Origin: an uncultured Bacteroides sp. | GTDB lineage: Bacteria > Bacteroidota > Bacteroidia > Bacteroidales > Bacteroidaceae | Direction: 5' to 3' | NCBI GenBank assembly: GCA_944322275.1 | Contig: CALUOV010000001.1 | Coordinates: 34,779 to 98,778 of the forward strand | DNA length: 64,000 nt | Part shown: positions 38,130 to 48,177 of the stretch, piece by piece | How the letters are laid out: every line of letters begins with the position of its first letter | Numbering within the stretch: the stretch's first letter is position 1 | Made by a program: the position numbers and the translations under genes | The notes under the pieces: model-generated | Databases searched by the model: none | Seen by the model: the letters and a program-made list of their open reading frames with translations, nothing else | Told to the model about the DNA's origin: nothing

Positions 38130-38137
38130 CAAAGGTA
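38130..38137 (-). promoter_or_regulatory. -7 promoter box for wecA
   Basis: TACCTTTG on the minus strand. Confidence 0.6.
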
Positions 38138-38211
38138 GCGTTTTTTTTATTAACAGAAAAATTTTCCTCAGAAATCTTTTACACAGAAAGTGGTCTATAT
38201 TCCCTTGACAT

Positions 38212-38664
38212 TTAGTTTGTATGCCAACGTTTCATCAGCGGCAGCAAAAAACGTCTCAGCGGGCGCAAACGATACCACAATGCTCCTCGCCGCAACCATC
38301 GGGCATCAGTGCAATCCTGTACACGGCCATCCGGATGATAGATGTAACGTAACAAACCGATAATCTCGCTCCGTTTTACCCGCTCGACCCGAGCCAGATT
38401 GCCATCGCCCAACATCAGGCAGTCCTCTCCTTCACGGCCTATATAGCGATGGACCATATAATGGCCTTCCCAGTAATAAAAAGGACAGCACCAGGCCGGC
38501 AACTCACTATCGGCATCACATGGCACCAGCTCTACCAGGTCTTTTCCACCACGGATAAAGGGATACATGCTCCATCCGTCAATACGTACTTTCACTGCCT
38601 GACCGTGTCGCAACGCCTCAGCGGCCTCTGCCAGGAAGTCATTATTTACCACCAATTTCCTCAT
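38212..38664 (-). CDS. S24/S26-family (signal-peptidase-like) peptidase
   Basis: GWSMYPFI (catalytic Ser box), MVHR (His general base), GDGN. Confidence 0.8.
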   Translation of the reverse strand: MRKLVVNNDFLAEAAEALRHGQAVKVRIDGWSMYPFIRGGKDLVELVPCDADSELPAWCCPFYYWEGHYMVHRYIGREGEDCLMLGDGNLARVERVKRSEIIGLLRYIYHPDGRVQDCTDARWLRRGALWYRLRPLRRFLLPLMKRWHTN

Positions 38665-39515
38665 GCGCCAAAAATGGTTTTACACGACAAACGTGCGGCC
38701 TCGGCATTAGGCAAGCAAGCCAGATGGTAAACGGGAACGCAAGTCAACACATCATTCAGCACCTCGCTGATGCAATCGTACAGATGGTCATCGTAAGCAA
38801 AGTCGGGCGGACACGAAGGATGAAGCGCTCCATAGGCTTCCATTACGCGAAGCTTCTTTATCTCATTGTAAGGAGCTTGCGACAGACGTACACAACCGAC
38901 CAGTTCGTAACACTCGGTCTTGTAGCAGGGCGTCTTGCCGCTCCAAGGACTACCGTACACAAAAGGACGCCCGTTATGGATACGCACAATGGGACTGTCA
39001 TCGTTCAGCAGGGAAGCGCCTTCAATATTCTCACGCCACAAACGTGTGTGGGTACTCTTGCCCGTACCGCTTTCGCCCAGGAAGAGTACGGCCTTATCCC
39101 GATAGACAATGGTGCTGGTGTGGATGGCCACAGCTTTTTCCGGTGCCATCAGCACGCCCAAGGCTATCCAACATGCAAAGCGCAACAAATCCCGATCCAG
39201 ATTGCCCGTGAAATAAGCCAACCGTTTACCGTCTTCCACCCACGCCTTCAACAAAGGCCCTTCTGTATATGAGGACTCGAACAAGTAACCACCCGCATAA
39301 CGTCCGAAACGGGTACGAGTCTGCTCCATCTCCGTATGATACAACGGCTTCTGCAACTCAGGCGCACCCTCTGCAGCATACGTAAAGCGAAAGTGTGCTT
39401 CGCCAGTTGTCTCCACAGCAAACACACGGAAACCCGTTATCCCGGACACAGCCGTCACCAATGACTCTCCTTCTACTCGCAGGCGAAAGCCCGCTATCAT
39501 ATAATCTTGCTCCAT
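38661..39515 (-). CDS. HprK/PEPCK-related P-loop kinase
   Basis: IHTS, LFLGESGTGKSTH, LLNDD, YGSPWSGKTPC; 4-bp overlap with the peptidase gene. Confidence 0.8.
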   Translation of the reverse strand: MEQDYMIAGFRLRVEGESLVTAVSGITGFRVFAVETTGEAHFRFTYAAEGAPELQKPLYHTEMEQTRTRFGRYAGGYLFESSYTEGPLLKAWVEDGKRLAYFTGNLDRDLLRFACWIALGVLMAPEKAVAIHTSTIVYRDKAVLFLGESGTGKSTHTRLWRENIEGASLLNDDSPIVRIHNGRPFVYGSPWSGKTPCYKTECYELVGCVRLSQAPYNEIKKLRVMEAYGALHPSCPPDFAYDDHLYDCISEVLNDVLTCVPVYHLACLPNAEAARLSCKTIFGA

Positions 39516-39554
39516 AATATATATATAAATATATCCTGTTCGGTAAATGAGAAT

Positions 39555-41192
39555 TTATCCGCCATCTCTATAATTTTCCAAATCAAACACCCTGTCGCAA
39601 ACCTTCAGCGATGTCTCCCGATGAGCTATTACGATTAGGGTCAACTCACGATATTGCTCGGACAGTTCCTCCAACGCATGGTTTATCTCGTCCTCTGTCC
39701 GATTATCCAAGGCCGAAGTCGCCTCATCGAAGAACAACACTTCGGCCTCCTTATACAATGCACGAGCTATGCCGATACGCTGCTTCTGCCCACCGGAAAG
39801 ACGGCTCCCGTATTCGCCAAGTGGGGTGTCCAGTCCCTGAGGCAAAGCATCGGCCCAGTCCTTCAAGCTTACTTGCTCCAACACCTGCATCACCCGCTGC
39901 CGGTCAGGCTGCGCATGTCCCAAAGCCACATTGTCCGCCAGCGAACCTTCTATAATAAATATTTCCTGCGGCACGTAACCTACCAGTTTGTGCCAGCTGG
40001 CACGGTTAGCCGGAGTCAGCCGATGTCCGTCTATCAGAATCTCACCTTCCGAAGGCGTCAGGAAACCCAGCAGGAGATTAAACAATGTTGATTTGCCTGA
40101 GCCACTCGGTCCTCGCACGCCAACGCGTTCACCTCGCCGGATGACCAGATTTATGCCTTTGAACAAAAGGCTTCCATCCGGAAAGGCAAAGCCAAGGTTT
40201 CGCAGTGTGATGCCCTCGGTGAAAGAAAAGGGAAGCTCTTCCTCCGTGTTCTTCTCCTCCGGCTCTTTCAGTCCTTCGGCCACCACCCGCACCGAATGTG
40301 CGGCATTCTGCAGCAACACCCAACTGTTCAGGATGCTGCGCATGGCAGGTATCAGACGGAAGGCTGCTACGGCAAACACACCGCTCACTACACCCAAATC
40401 ACCCTGACCTACGCTTATCAGCAAGCCAATGCCTACCACAATGGCGGCTTCGGAGAGGAATTGCGGGAACAAATGATAGCGCTCCATGCGCAGGCGACTG
40501 TGCAGAATGGAGCGCATACCTTGATCGAACGAGACGAGCGATGCCCCGAACGCTTGCGCAACCTCCAACTCAACATAGCCACGGAAAGCTTCTACCACCG
40601 TGCGACTCTGCTTGCGACGCGCTTCCAGCTCTTCCTGTCCATAAAGGCGCAGACGGCGGCGCACCACCACACTATACAGAATGGCTACAGGCACAAAAGC
40701 TGCACAAAGCAACAGACCGGCCATCGGCTCCCATACCACGAGAGCTATCATCATAAACAGAATCAGCACCCCATCGCCCGCCATACGGAAAAGCGGAGCC
40801 AGCACCGAGAGGCAGAAAGTGTAACATATGTAGTTCACTTCGTGTCCCAACTGCACACTGCTCTTCGAACGGAGGAAAAGCAATCCGCGATGATAGTAAT
40901 TGATGAACATGCGCCGGCTGAAATCGCGATACACTTCCAACTGAAAGCCACTCTCCACTCTTGCCAGCAACACTACCAGCCCATTTTTCACCACGACAAA
41001 GGCCATGACACCCAGACAGAGCAACAACATTTCGCCCCGCGATCCGCCCGGTTTGAGCACAGCCAACAGCAAAGGTATCAGCGCCGCCACACCGGCAAAG
41101 TCCAATATGGCACGTACCAGCACAGCCAGCGCTACCCACCCACTCCTTCGGCGAGCCTTGACAGGCAACAGTGTGAAAATTTCCTTTATCAT
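39555..41192 (-). CDS. ABC exporter, fused permease + ATPase (PglK/HetA-like)
   Basis: N-terminal TM domain, GPSGSGKS, LSGGQKQR, FFDEATSALD; start placed at MIKEIF (41192), just downstream of a -7 box at 41202-41209. Confidence 0.9.
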   Translation of the reverse strand: MIKEIFTLLPVKARRRSGWVALAVLVRAILDFAGVAALIPLLLAVLKPGGSRGEMLLLCLGVMAFVVVKNGLVVLLARVESGFQLEVYRDFSRRMFINYYHRGLLFLRSKSSVQLGHEVNYICYTFCLSVLAPLFRMAGDGVLILFMMIALVVWEPMAGLLLCAAFVPVAILYSVVVRRRLRLYGQEELEARRKQSRTVVEAFRGYVELEVAQAFGASLVSFDQGMRSILHSRLRMERYHLFPQFLSEAAIVVGIGLLISVGQGDLGVVSGVFAVAAFRLIPAMRSILNSWVLLQNAAHSVRVVAEGLKEPEEKNTEEELPFSFTEGITLRNLGFAFPDGSLLFKGINLVIRRGERVGVRGPSGSGKSTLFNLLLGFLTPSEGEILIDGHRLTPANRASWHKLVGYVPQEIFIIEGSLADNVALGHAQPDRQRVMQVLEQVSLKDWADALPQGLDTPLGEYGSRLSGGQKQRIGIARALYKEAEVLFFDEATSALDNRTEDEINHALEELSEQYRELTLIVIAHRETSLKVCDRVFDLENYRDGG

Positions 41193-41271
41193 AATCGGGG
41201 ACAAAGGTAGTTTCTTTCCGTGATTTGTGCAAATGTTCGCTTCATTCTCCACGCACCTTTCCCCTTACACT

Positions 41272-42855
41272 TCACCATTCCCTAAGGAATGACGGTTTAT
41301 AGAGGAACGTCAGATTGGGATACACCCTCCCATCGGCACATACCAACTGAACGGCACACAGGAAATGACGAAAGAAAGATGCATGAGTGAAGAAAAGTTC
41401 CGAGACAGAGCTGGCATAGACTCCCGGATAACGGAACACTTCCTCCATATCGGCCATCTGCAAGAAATTGCAGGTCGGGGAAAGGCTTTCGGCCAACTTT
41501 GCATAAGCAGGAACAGAAGCCAATGTATACCCCTGCTCCAGCCCCTCCACATAAACCGTGAGAGAAGCCACATCGGCCGACAAAAGCAATGCTCCCTGAT
41601 AAAAACGCGCATAAGCGGGCGTGGCCTTCAACGTCCGGCCCAATGCATGCGAAAGGACAGAATTGGACGGCAAGGCATACACCCTGGTGACTTCGGTCTG
41701 CTCCAACCATTCCTGTAACTCACGCTCTGCATAGAAAGCGTCCTTCAGCTCTACCCGCAAAACCGCACAAGGTTCCGTACGTAATGTGTCAGGAGAATGA
41801 AACAGGCAGGACATCAAACTTTTCGCCGCATGGCGCCCCAAGTAGTTCACCAGCCTTTCGTTATTACGCCTCACCCGTAACGTTCCCGCCGTTCCCAACG
41901 TATCCTTCAGTGTTTTTTCATCAAACACGGGCGACAAACCATCGATGGCCCAGCGTGTATAAAAGAACGTGGAAGCAGGCAGATGGGACATGGAAAAGCT
42001 CTCCACCGGTTCCTGCGCACGCAGGACATTAAGGAATGTTCCCGCGGAATCCGGCTCATAACTGATTCCCGAGCAATAGACGGCATCCGGCTCCAGCTTC
42101 AGATGAAACTCCATCCAACCCTCCAGGCGCGAACGGCCCGACACGACATCGGGAACCAAATCGGCCTCAGTCCTGTCCATCTGGAGATAAAGCATAGGAC
42201 CTATGTCGGTGTGTTCTTCCCGATATATATCCCGGAAAGAAGAAAGCTGCAGCAACGCTTTCTTACTCCGGTAAGCATCGATAGACCGTTCTACCAAATG
42301 CTTCTGAAAGCTCAGCACCAAAAAATCACGCGTAATCCATACAGACAGAAAATGTCCGCCGGACAGAGGATAAATGGCCAAAGTATAGCCTTTATAATCA
42401 AAATATTTGGGAGTATAACGAGAAGCATCCAACCGCTTGCAGAAAGACTCGAGCATCTCCTTGTCGCCTGGAGCCAGCTTACAATACATCACCTGATTCC
42501 AAAACGTGTCCGGACGATGGAAGCTAATAAGCACTTCATTCATCTCGCGACTCAATCCGTGAGGCACTTCTTGAAGAAGCGTCTCCAAATGCTCCCTGAC
42601 GTAAGCGAACAGAGCGGAAACACGCAAATTGTGTCGGTCCTCACTGCATGCCATCTGATCAATGGCACGCACCACATCCGCCATGCGGTCTGTATCAAAT
42701 ACCGCCACGGCATCTTGGGGGACCAGTTCATAGAGGTCGAAACGTCCACGTTCCTCGGCTCTATCCAAAGTCCGCAAGGAATATAAAACAAAACCCGCAC
42801 ATAGCAAGACTATACACGTTACGAACAAAATACGTATGAATGGGCGAGACTTCAT
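41272..42855 (-). CDS. Conserved hypothetical membrane-anchored protein
   Basis: 527-aa ORF with an N-terminal TM anchor and its own -7 box at 42879-42886. Confidence 0.65.
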   Translation of the reverse strand: MKSRPFIRILFVTCIVLLCAGFVLYSLRTLDRAEERGRFDLYELVPQDAVAVFDTDRMADVVRAIDQMACSEDRHNLRVSALFAYVREHLETLLQEVPHGLSREMNEVLISFHRPDTFWNQVMYCKLAPGDKEMLESFCKRLDASRYTPKYFDYKGYTLAIYPLSGGHFLSVWITRDFLVLSFQKHLVERSIDAYRSKKALLQLSSFRDIYREEHTDIGPMLYLQMDRTEADLVPDVVSGRSRLEGWMEFHLKLEPDAVYCSGISYEPDSAGTFLNVLRAQEPVESFSMSHLPASTFFYTRWAIDGLSPVFDEKTLKDTLGTAGTLRVRRNNERLVNYLGRHAAKSLMSCLFHSPDTLRTEPCAVLRVELKDAFYAERELQEWLEQTEVTRVYALPSNSVLSHALGRTLKATPAYARFYQGALLLSADVASLTVYVEGLEQGYTLASVPAYAKLAESLSPTCNFLQMADMEEVFRYPGVYASSVSELFFTHASFFRHFLCAVQLVCADGRVYPNLTFLYKPSFLREW

Positions 42856-42931
42856 GGTGTCAGTTTATCAATCCGACACAAAAATAAGAAACTTTTGCTA
42901 ATAAAACAAAACTTTGCGAAAAAAGTTAAAA

Positions 42932-43705
42932 TCAAAAATCAACAACTAACCCGTCATAAGCAAAATGAATAGTCGGAGGAAGCGTATGCTCTATTTCCGC
43001 ATGGAGTCCCGCATGATGACCCATGTGGACAAAATAGGTCTGACGCGCACCGATACGGTCCGCTGCTTCCAAGGCCTGAGATATGGACTGATGAGTAGGA
43101 TGGGGCTTTACACGCAAAGCGTTCAGGACCAATACATCTACCCCCCGGAGATATTCGTAAGACGCATCGGGCATGGAGAGCATGTCTGTCACGTAGCCCA
43201 AACGACCTCCGATACGATACCCTAAGATAGGCAAACGCCCGTGGATTACCTGCAGAGGCATCACCTCCGTACGCCCCACATGGAAGGGCGTACCCGCACA
43301 CACTTCCTTCAGAAAGATGCGTGGCACTCCCGGATAAGTGTGCTCTACAAAACAATAAGGCATACGGGCACGCAAATGGTCCGCCGTATAAGCATCAGAA
43401 TAAATAGGAATATCCCCGAATCGGCCATAGGGACGTAAATCATCCAATCCGCCCACATGGTCATAATGTTCGTGTGTCACCAGGACCCCATCTATCGGTC
43501 CGAAGAAACCTGAACGCAACATCTGATAGCGAAAATCAGGACCACAATCCAACAATAATGTCTCGCCCGTGTCCGTATGAATCAGTGCAGAGGTTCGCAA
43601 ACGATTATCACGTGGATCGTCCGAAGTGCATACAGGACAGGTACATCCTATCTCCGGTACTCCCGTTGAAGTACCTGTTCCTAAAAATAAAAGTTTCATA
43701 GACAA
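42932..43705 (-). CDS. MBL-fold metallohydrolase (PhnP-like)
   Basis: LGTGTSTGVP, CTCPVC, THEHYDH, AYDGL. Confidence 0.9.
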   Translation of the reverse strand: MSMKLLFLGTGTSTGVPEIGCTCPVCTSDDPRDNRLRTSALIHTDTGETLLLDCGPDFRYQMLRSGFFGPIDGVLVTHEHYDHVGGLDDLRPYGRFGDIPIYSDAYTADHLRARMPYCFVEHTYPGVPRIFLKEVCAGTPFHVGRTEVMPLQVIHGRLPILGYRIGGRLGYVTDMLSMPDASYEYLRGVDVLVLNALRVKPHPTHQSISQALEAADRIGARQTYFVHMGHHAGLHAEIEHTLPPTIHFAYDGLVVDF

Positions 43706-43730
43706 CTATTTGAATTCAGCCTTTCCACAC

Positions 43731-44747
43731 TTATAAAAAATTCACCTCCGGATGTATCTCTATACCAAACTTATTCCACACAGCCTTCTGCACTGCATCG
43801 GCCAGGCGCAACACATCGGCTCCTGTGGCCCCTCCCCGATTTACCAACACCAACGCTTGTCCGTCATGCACAGCCACCGGCCCCAGTTTACATCCCTTCC
43901 ATCCCGCCTGTTCAATAAGCCAAGCAGCAGGCACTTTGACACGCCCGGCATCCATCTCATAACATGGCATCTGAGGATAAGCAACGCGCACTGCTTCGTA
44001 ATACATACGGGAAATGACCGGATTGACAAAGAAACTTCCTGCATTGCCTTGCACTGCAGGATCGGGCAACTTACTCCGACGGATACCGATAATAGCCTTA
44101 CGCACACGCTCCAACGTTATCTCACCTTCGGCCAACTCCTGGCGCACATTGCCATAATCCAACTTGAAACACGGATGCTTACTCAAACGGAAATTTACAT
44201 AAAGCATGAACAGGCCTTTCATGTCCGCCCGTTTAAAGAGACTCGTCCGATATCCATATCCACACTCCGATGCTTCGTATATCCGTCTGCCCCCTTTCCT
44301 ATCCAAGGTTTCAACGGAAATAATCAGATCTTTCACCTCCACGCCATAAGCACCGATGTTCTGTACGGCAGCGGCACCTACCTCACCAGGAATCAGAGAC
44401 AGATTCTCGGCTCCATACCAGCCGCGATCTACACAAGTCTGTACGAACTCATCCCACACTTCACCACTTCCCACACGCACTTCCACGTGGTCAGCATCCT
44501 CATGCATTACCTCCACGCCCCGTATGGCCGAATGTATAAAAGTCCAGTCATAATACGGGTGGGTAAACAACACATTGCTTCCCGCGCCAATACAGAAATA
44601 AGGCCGCTTCTGCAAAAGCCCGTCCTTCACCATCCGCTTCAACTCCTCTTCCGAATGATAATCGACAAACCGGGCGGCATAAGCTTCAATACCAAAAGTG
44701 TTGTGAGATAATAATGAATACATAATAGTCTGAAAATGGTCCTTCAT
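43731..44747 (-). CDS. murB: UDP-N-acetylmuramate dehydrogenase
   Basis: [42 protein letters not shown]. Confidence 0.95.
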   Translation of the reverse strand: MKDHFQTIMYSLLSHNTFGIEAYAARFVDYHSEEELKRMVKDGLLQKRPYFCIGAGSNVLFTHPYYDWTFIHSAIRGVEVMHEDADHVEVRVGSGEVWDEFVQTCVDRGWYGAENLSLIPGEVGAAAVQNIGAYGVEVKDLIISVETLDRKGGRRIYEASECGYGYRTSLFKRADMKGLFMLYVNFRLSKHPCFKLDYGNVRQELAEGEITLERVRKAIIGIRRSKLPDPAVQGNAGSFFVNPVISRMYYEAVRVAYPQMPCYEMDAGRVKVPAAWLIEQAGWKGCKLGPVAVHDGQALVLVNRGGATGADVLRLADAVQKAVWNKFGIEIHPEVNFL

Positions 44748-45617
44748 TTACATGCTCGAGTCCTCATACTTATACAGTTCCCACTGCCCCTTCCGTTTCC
44801 TGAAATAAAGAATGTTGGAGTAACCATTACTCACCCCATTCACCTTCAGTATTTTAGTGGTAGAAAGATCATCGTTACGCTGTCCGTAGTTGATGTTGGA
44901 GAGTTTGTCCACAGGTAAGGTTGGACGGAAAGCAAACCAGCGAGCACGGTCCAACGTGGTTTCCAAGATGGAAAATTCATCATCCGGATCAATCGTTATA
45001 AATTGCAAAGGCTCGTGGATGTGCTCGCCTTCATAAACGCTATCCTTGGCAAAGCGTTCATAAAAAGTCACAAAATTGTCATCCTCCTCCGATTCTTCCA
45101 TGTCACGCAGGTTCATTGCCTCCAACATCCACACGCCGTTCTGCATGCGCTGGAAATAATAACGCTTCACCTTGTGTGGACGCAAAAAGATCCATTCGAC
45201 CTGCACAGACGAAAGACTGGTATCACCTACCAAATCCATGTCCTCTTCACGATCGAAAAGCAATGTGTAACACGTCTGCCCCGCAAAGAGCGAATCGTGC
45301 CGCCATTGCTCCCGTTCAATTTTCAGCGGAGTGTCTCCCTTATAATAAGGTAAGGGGAAAACCGTACGCTGACGCTGGAAAAGAGTATCCGTGGCATAGT
45401 TAAAGATAAAATCATCAAAAAGCTCGTCCGCTTCCACCCAACGTGGAGAATTATCTTCGACAGCCACGGTATCCCTAGAAGCGACATGCTCTTGAGCATT
45501 CCATGCAGCAGTGTCCACCATCGAAGTGATCGCATCAAAAGGATCCATCTTCAACTTGCGGTTTCCACACGACAACAAGAATAAGAGCATGAAACAACCC
45601 GTCAGAATCTTTCTCAT
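44748..45617 (-). CDS. DUF4348-like lipoprotein
   Basis: Lipobox LLSC, ADELFDDFIFNY...QRQRTVFPL; abuts the murB start. Confidence 0.7.
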   Translation of the reverse strand: MRKILTGCFMLLFLLSCGNRKLKMDPFDAITSMVDTAAWNAQEHVASRDTVAVEDNSPRWVEADELFDDFIFNYATDTLFQRQRTVFPLPYYKGDTPLKIEREQWRHDSLFAGQTCYTLLFDREEDMDLVGDTSLSSVQVEWIFLRPHKVKRYYFQRMQNGVWMLEAMNLRDMEESEEDDNFVTFYERFAKDSVYEGEHIHEPLQFITIDPDDEFSILETTLDRARWFAFRPTLPVDKLSNINYGQRNDDLSTTKILKVNGVSNGYSNILYFRKRKGQWELYKYEDSSM

Positions 45618-45648
45618 CAGGAAAATGACAACTTTTTTACCAAAGCTC

Positions 45649-46605
45649 TTACTTGCCCAATCTTGCCCGAAGTTTCTCCAGCATATCTACGGTCATCGAA
45701 GCCAGGTCATACTGGGGTTCCCAGTCCCATTCACGGCGTGCACACGAATCGTCCATGCAGTCAGGCCAACTGTCGGCAATAGATTGCTTCAGAGGATCTA
45801 CCTCATACTCCATCTCGAACGTCGGCACGTGCTTCTTTATCTCCGCGTAGATAGTCTCTGGCGCAAAACTCATCGAAGCGATATTGAAAGCGTTGCGGTG
45901 CACCAATCTTGAGGGATCGGCTTCCATCAGTGTAATGGCAGCATGCAAGGCATCGGGCATATACATCATATCCATCAGCGTACCAGGCTTGATAGGGCAT
46001 ATGAATTTTTCACCCTTTACGGCCGAATAGTAAATGTCCACCGCATAATCCGTCGTACCTCCTCCCGGAGGAGTCACATTGGAAATGATGCCAGGGAAAC
46101 GCACAGCACGCGTATCCACCCCATACTTCAGGAAATAATAATCACTCAGCAACTCTGTGGTTACTTTTGTAATGCCATACATGGTACGCGGACGTTGTAT
46201 TGTGTCCTGAGGTGTCATGACATGGGGTGTGTCCGCACCGAAGCTTCCGATAGAGCTAGGCGTAAACACAGAGCATTTATACTCGCGGGCCACTTCCAGC
46301 ACATTCCACAATCCGTCGATGCCTATCTTCCATGCCATAGAGGGACGACTTTCGGCCACTACGGAAAGTAGAGCAGCAAGATTGTAGATAGTATCAATGT
46401 GATACTCCTTCACAGCCATCTCCAGAGATTGACGGTCCGTCACATTGGTACGGGCTGAAGGACCCGACTCCAACAACTCACCCTTGGGTTCAGCGCCCAC
46501 GATGTATCCGGCCACTACATGTTCGCCACCATATCTTTTTCTCAATTCCATTGTCAGCTCGGAGCCAATCTGCCCCGTAGAGCCTATCACCAAAATATTC
46601 TTCAT
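45649..46605 (-). CDS. SDR/GalE-type L-threonine 3-dehydrogenase
   Basis: GSTGQIG, PSSIG, YGITK, PGGGTTDYAV; adjacent to kbl. Confidence 0.85.
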   Translation of the reverse strand: MKNILVIGSTGQIGSELTMELRKRYGGEHVVAGYIVGAEPKGELLESGPSARTNVTDRQSLEMAVKEYHIDTIYNLAALLSVVAESRPSMAWKIGIDGLWNVLEVAREYKCSVFTPSSIGSFGADTPHVMTPQDTIQRPRTMYGITKVTTELLSDYYFLKYGVDTRAVRFPGIISNVTPPGGGTTDYAVDIYYSAVKGEKFICPIKPGTLMDMMYMPDALHAAITLMEADPSRLVHRNAFNIASMSFAPETIYAEIKKHVPTFEMEYEVDPLKQSIADSWPDCMDDSCARREWDWEPQYDLASMTVDMLEKLRARLGK

Positions 46606-46754
46606 AAAAATAACTCGATTTATGTTCTGTTCTTCATGTCCTTAAATTCGGGGACAAATATACGAAATAGATTTCGGATATTTTCCTCTTTTACGATTCA
46701 TTTATATCCGCTTCTCCGCGATTGGATCAGCTATGGGCCATTATGATTGCATGA

Positions 46755-46785
46755 ACGGCCAAGCATAAATTCTACACTTGGCCGT
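46755..46785. terminator. Hairpin downstream of kbl
   Basis: 9-bp stem acggccaag / cttggccgt; no clear U-tract. Confidence 0.45.
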
Positions 46786-46810
46786 CTTCTGAATATTTCT
46801 ACACTTTATA

Positions 46811-47998
46811 TTATTTCAGCACTCCAAGTTCCTTGCCGACTTTGATAAATGCTTCGATGCACTTGTCCAGATGTTCACGCTCGTGTCCGGCCGATATCTG
46901 CACACGGATACGTGCCTGCCCCTTCGGCACCACGGGATAGTAGAAGCCCGTGACGTAAATGCCTTCTTCCTGAAGACGTGCGGCATAGACTTGCGAAAGC
47001 TTGGCATCGTAGAGCATCACGGCGCAGATAGCGCTCTGCGTGGGCTTGATATCGAAGCCCGCTTCCGTCATGCGCGTACGGAAATATTCCACATTATCCA
47101 CCAGCTTGTCATGGAGAGCATTACTTTCCTTCAACATCTTGAATACTTCAAGGCTGGCACCGATAACGGCCGGAGCCACAGAGTTGGAGAACAGATACGG
47201 ACGGCTACGTTGACGCAACAAGTCGATGATTTCCTTGCGGCCTGTGGTAAATCCGCCCATGGCCCCGCCAAAGGCTTTTCCTAATGTACCTGTGTAAATG
47301 TCTACCCGTCCGTAGGTATTGTAAAGTTCGCTCACACCATGTCCCGTAGCGCCAACCACACCTGCCGAGTGTGACTCGTCCACCATGACCAACGCGTCAT
47401 ACTTCTCTGCCAGGTCGCATATCTTGTCCACAGGAGCTACATTGCCGTCCATAGAGAAGACTCCATCCGTTACAATAATACGGAAGCGTTGCGCCTGAGC
47501 TTCTTGCAAGCAACGTTCCAAATCGGCCATATCCGCATTGGCATAGCGATATCTCTTAGCTTTGCACAAGCGCACACCATCAATGATAGAAGCGTGATTC
47601 AGCGAATCGCTGATGATGGCATCCTCTTCCGTAAAGAGCGGTTCGAACACGCCACCGTTCGCATCGAAACAGGCCGCATAAAGTATCGTGTCTTCCGTCT
47701 TGAAGTAATCGGAGATTGCAGCCTCCAATTGCTTGTGAATGTCCTGCGTACCGCAGATGAAACGTACGGACGACATGCCGTAGCCCCGACGCTCCATCAT
47801 TTCCTGCGCAGCTTTGATAAGACGCGGATTGTCTGACAAGCCTAAGTAGTTGTTGGCACAAAAATTCAGCACCGGTTTCCCGGCTACGTCTATCACAGCC
47901 CGCTGCGGACTTTCAATCAATCTTTCCTCTTTATAAAGTCCAGCCTCTTTAATCTCTGCGAGCGTCTGTGCCAGATGGTCTTTCAATTTACCGTACAT
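46811..47998 (-). CDS. kbl: Glycine C-acetyltransferase (2-amino-3-ketobutyrate CoA ligase)
   Basis: NFCANNYLGL, SVRFICGT, NHASIIDG, TDGVFSMDG, GTLGKA. Confidence 0.96.
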   Translation of the reverse strand: MYGKLKDHLAQTLAEIKEAGLYKEERLIESPQRAVIDVAGKPVLNFCANNYLGLSDNPRLIKAAQEMMERRGYGMSSVRFICGTQDIHKQLEAAISDYFKTEDTILYAACFDANGGVFEPLFTEEDAIISDSLNHASIIDGVRLCKAKRYRYANADMADLERCLQEAQAQRFRIIVTDGVFSMDGNVAPVDKICDLAEKYDALVMVDESHSAGVVGATGHGVSELYNTYGRVDIYTGTLGKAFGGAMGGFTTGRKEIIDLLRQRSRPYLFSNSVAPAVIGASLEVFKMLKESNALHDKLVDNVEYFRTRMTEAGFDIKPTQSAICAVMLYDAKLSQVYAARLQEEGIYVTGFYYPVVPKGQARIRVQISAGHEREHLDKCIEAFIKVGKELGVLK

Positions 47999-48177
47999 GA
48001 TTTATTTCCTCCTATTTATTATATGTTTATTAATGTCTATAATTGTATGACAAAGTTCCGAATTATTTTCGAGATATGCAACTATTCGCCTCCCATTTGA
48101 TTATGCCGACTCAAACTATCGCAAAGGGCTCATCAATCTTCCGCGAAACGCCCTTCAAAGCATCGCGCAAGAAAAGG

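Noticed and set aside
35825-41192. Bona fide lasso peptide cluster
   Set aside because: No asparagine-synthetase-like cyclase, transglutaminase-like B2 protease, RRE or precursor is visible
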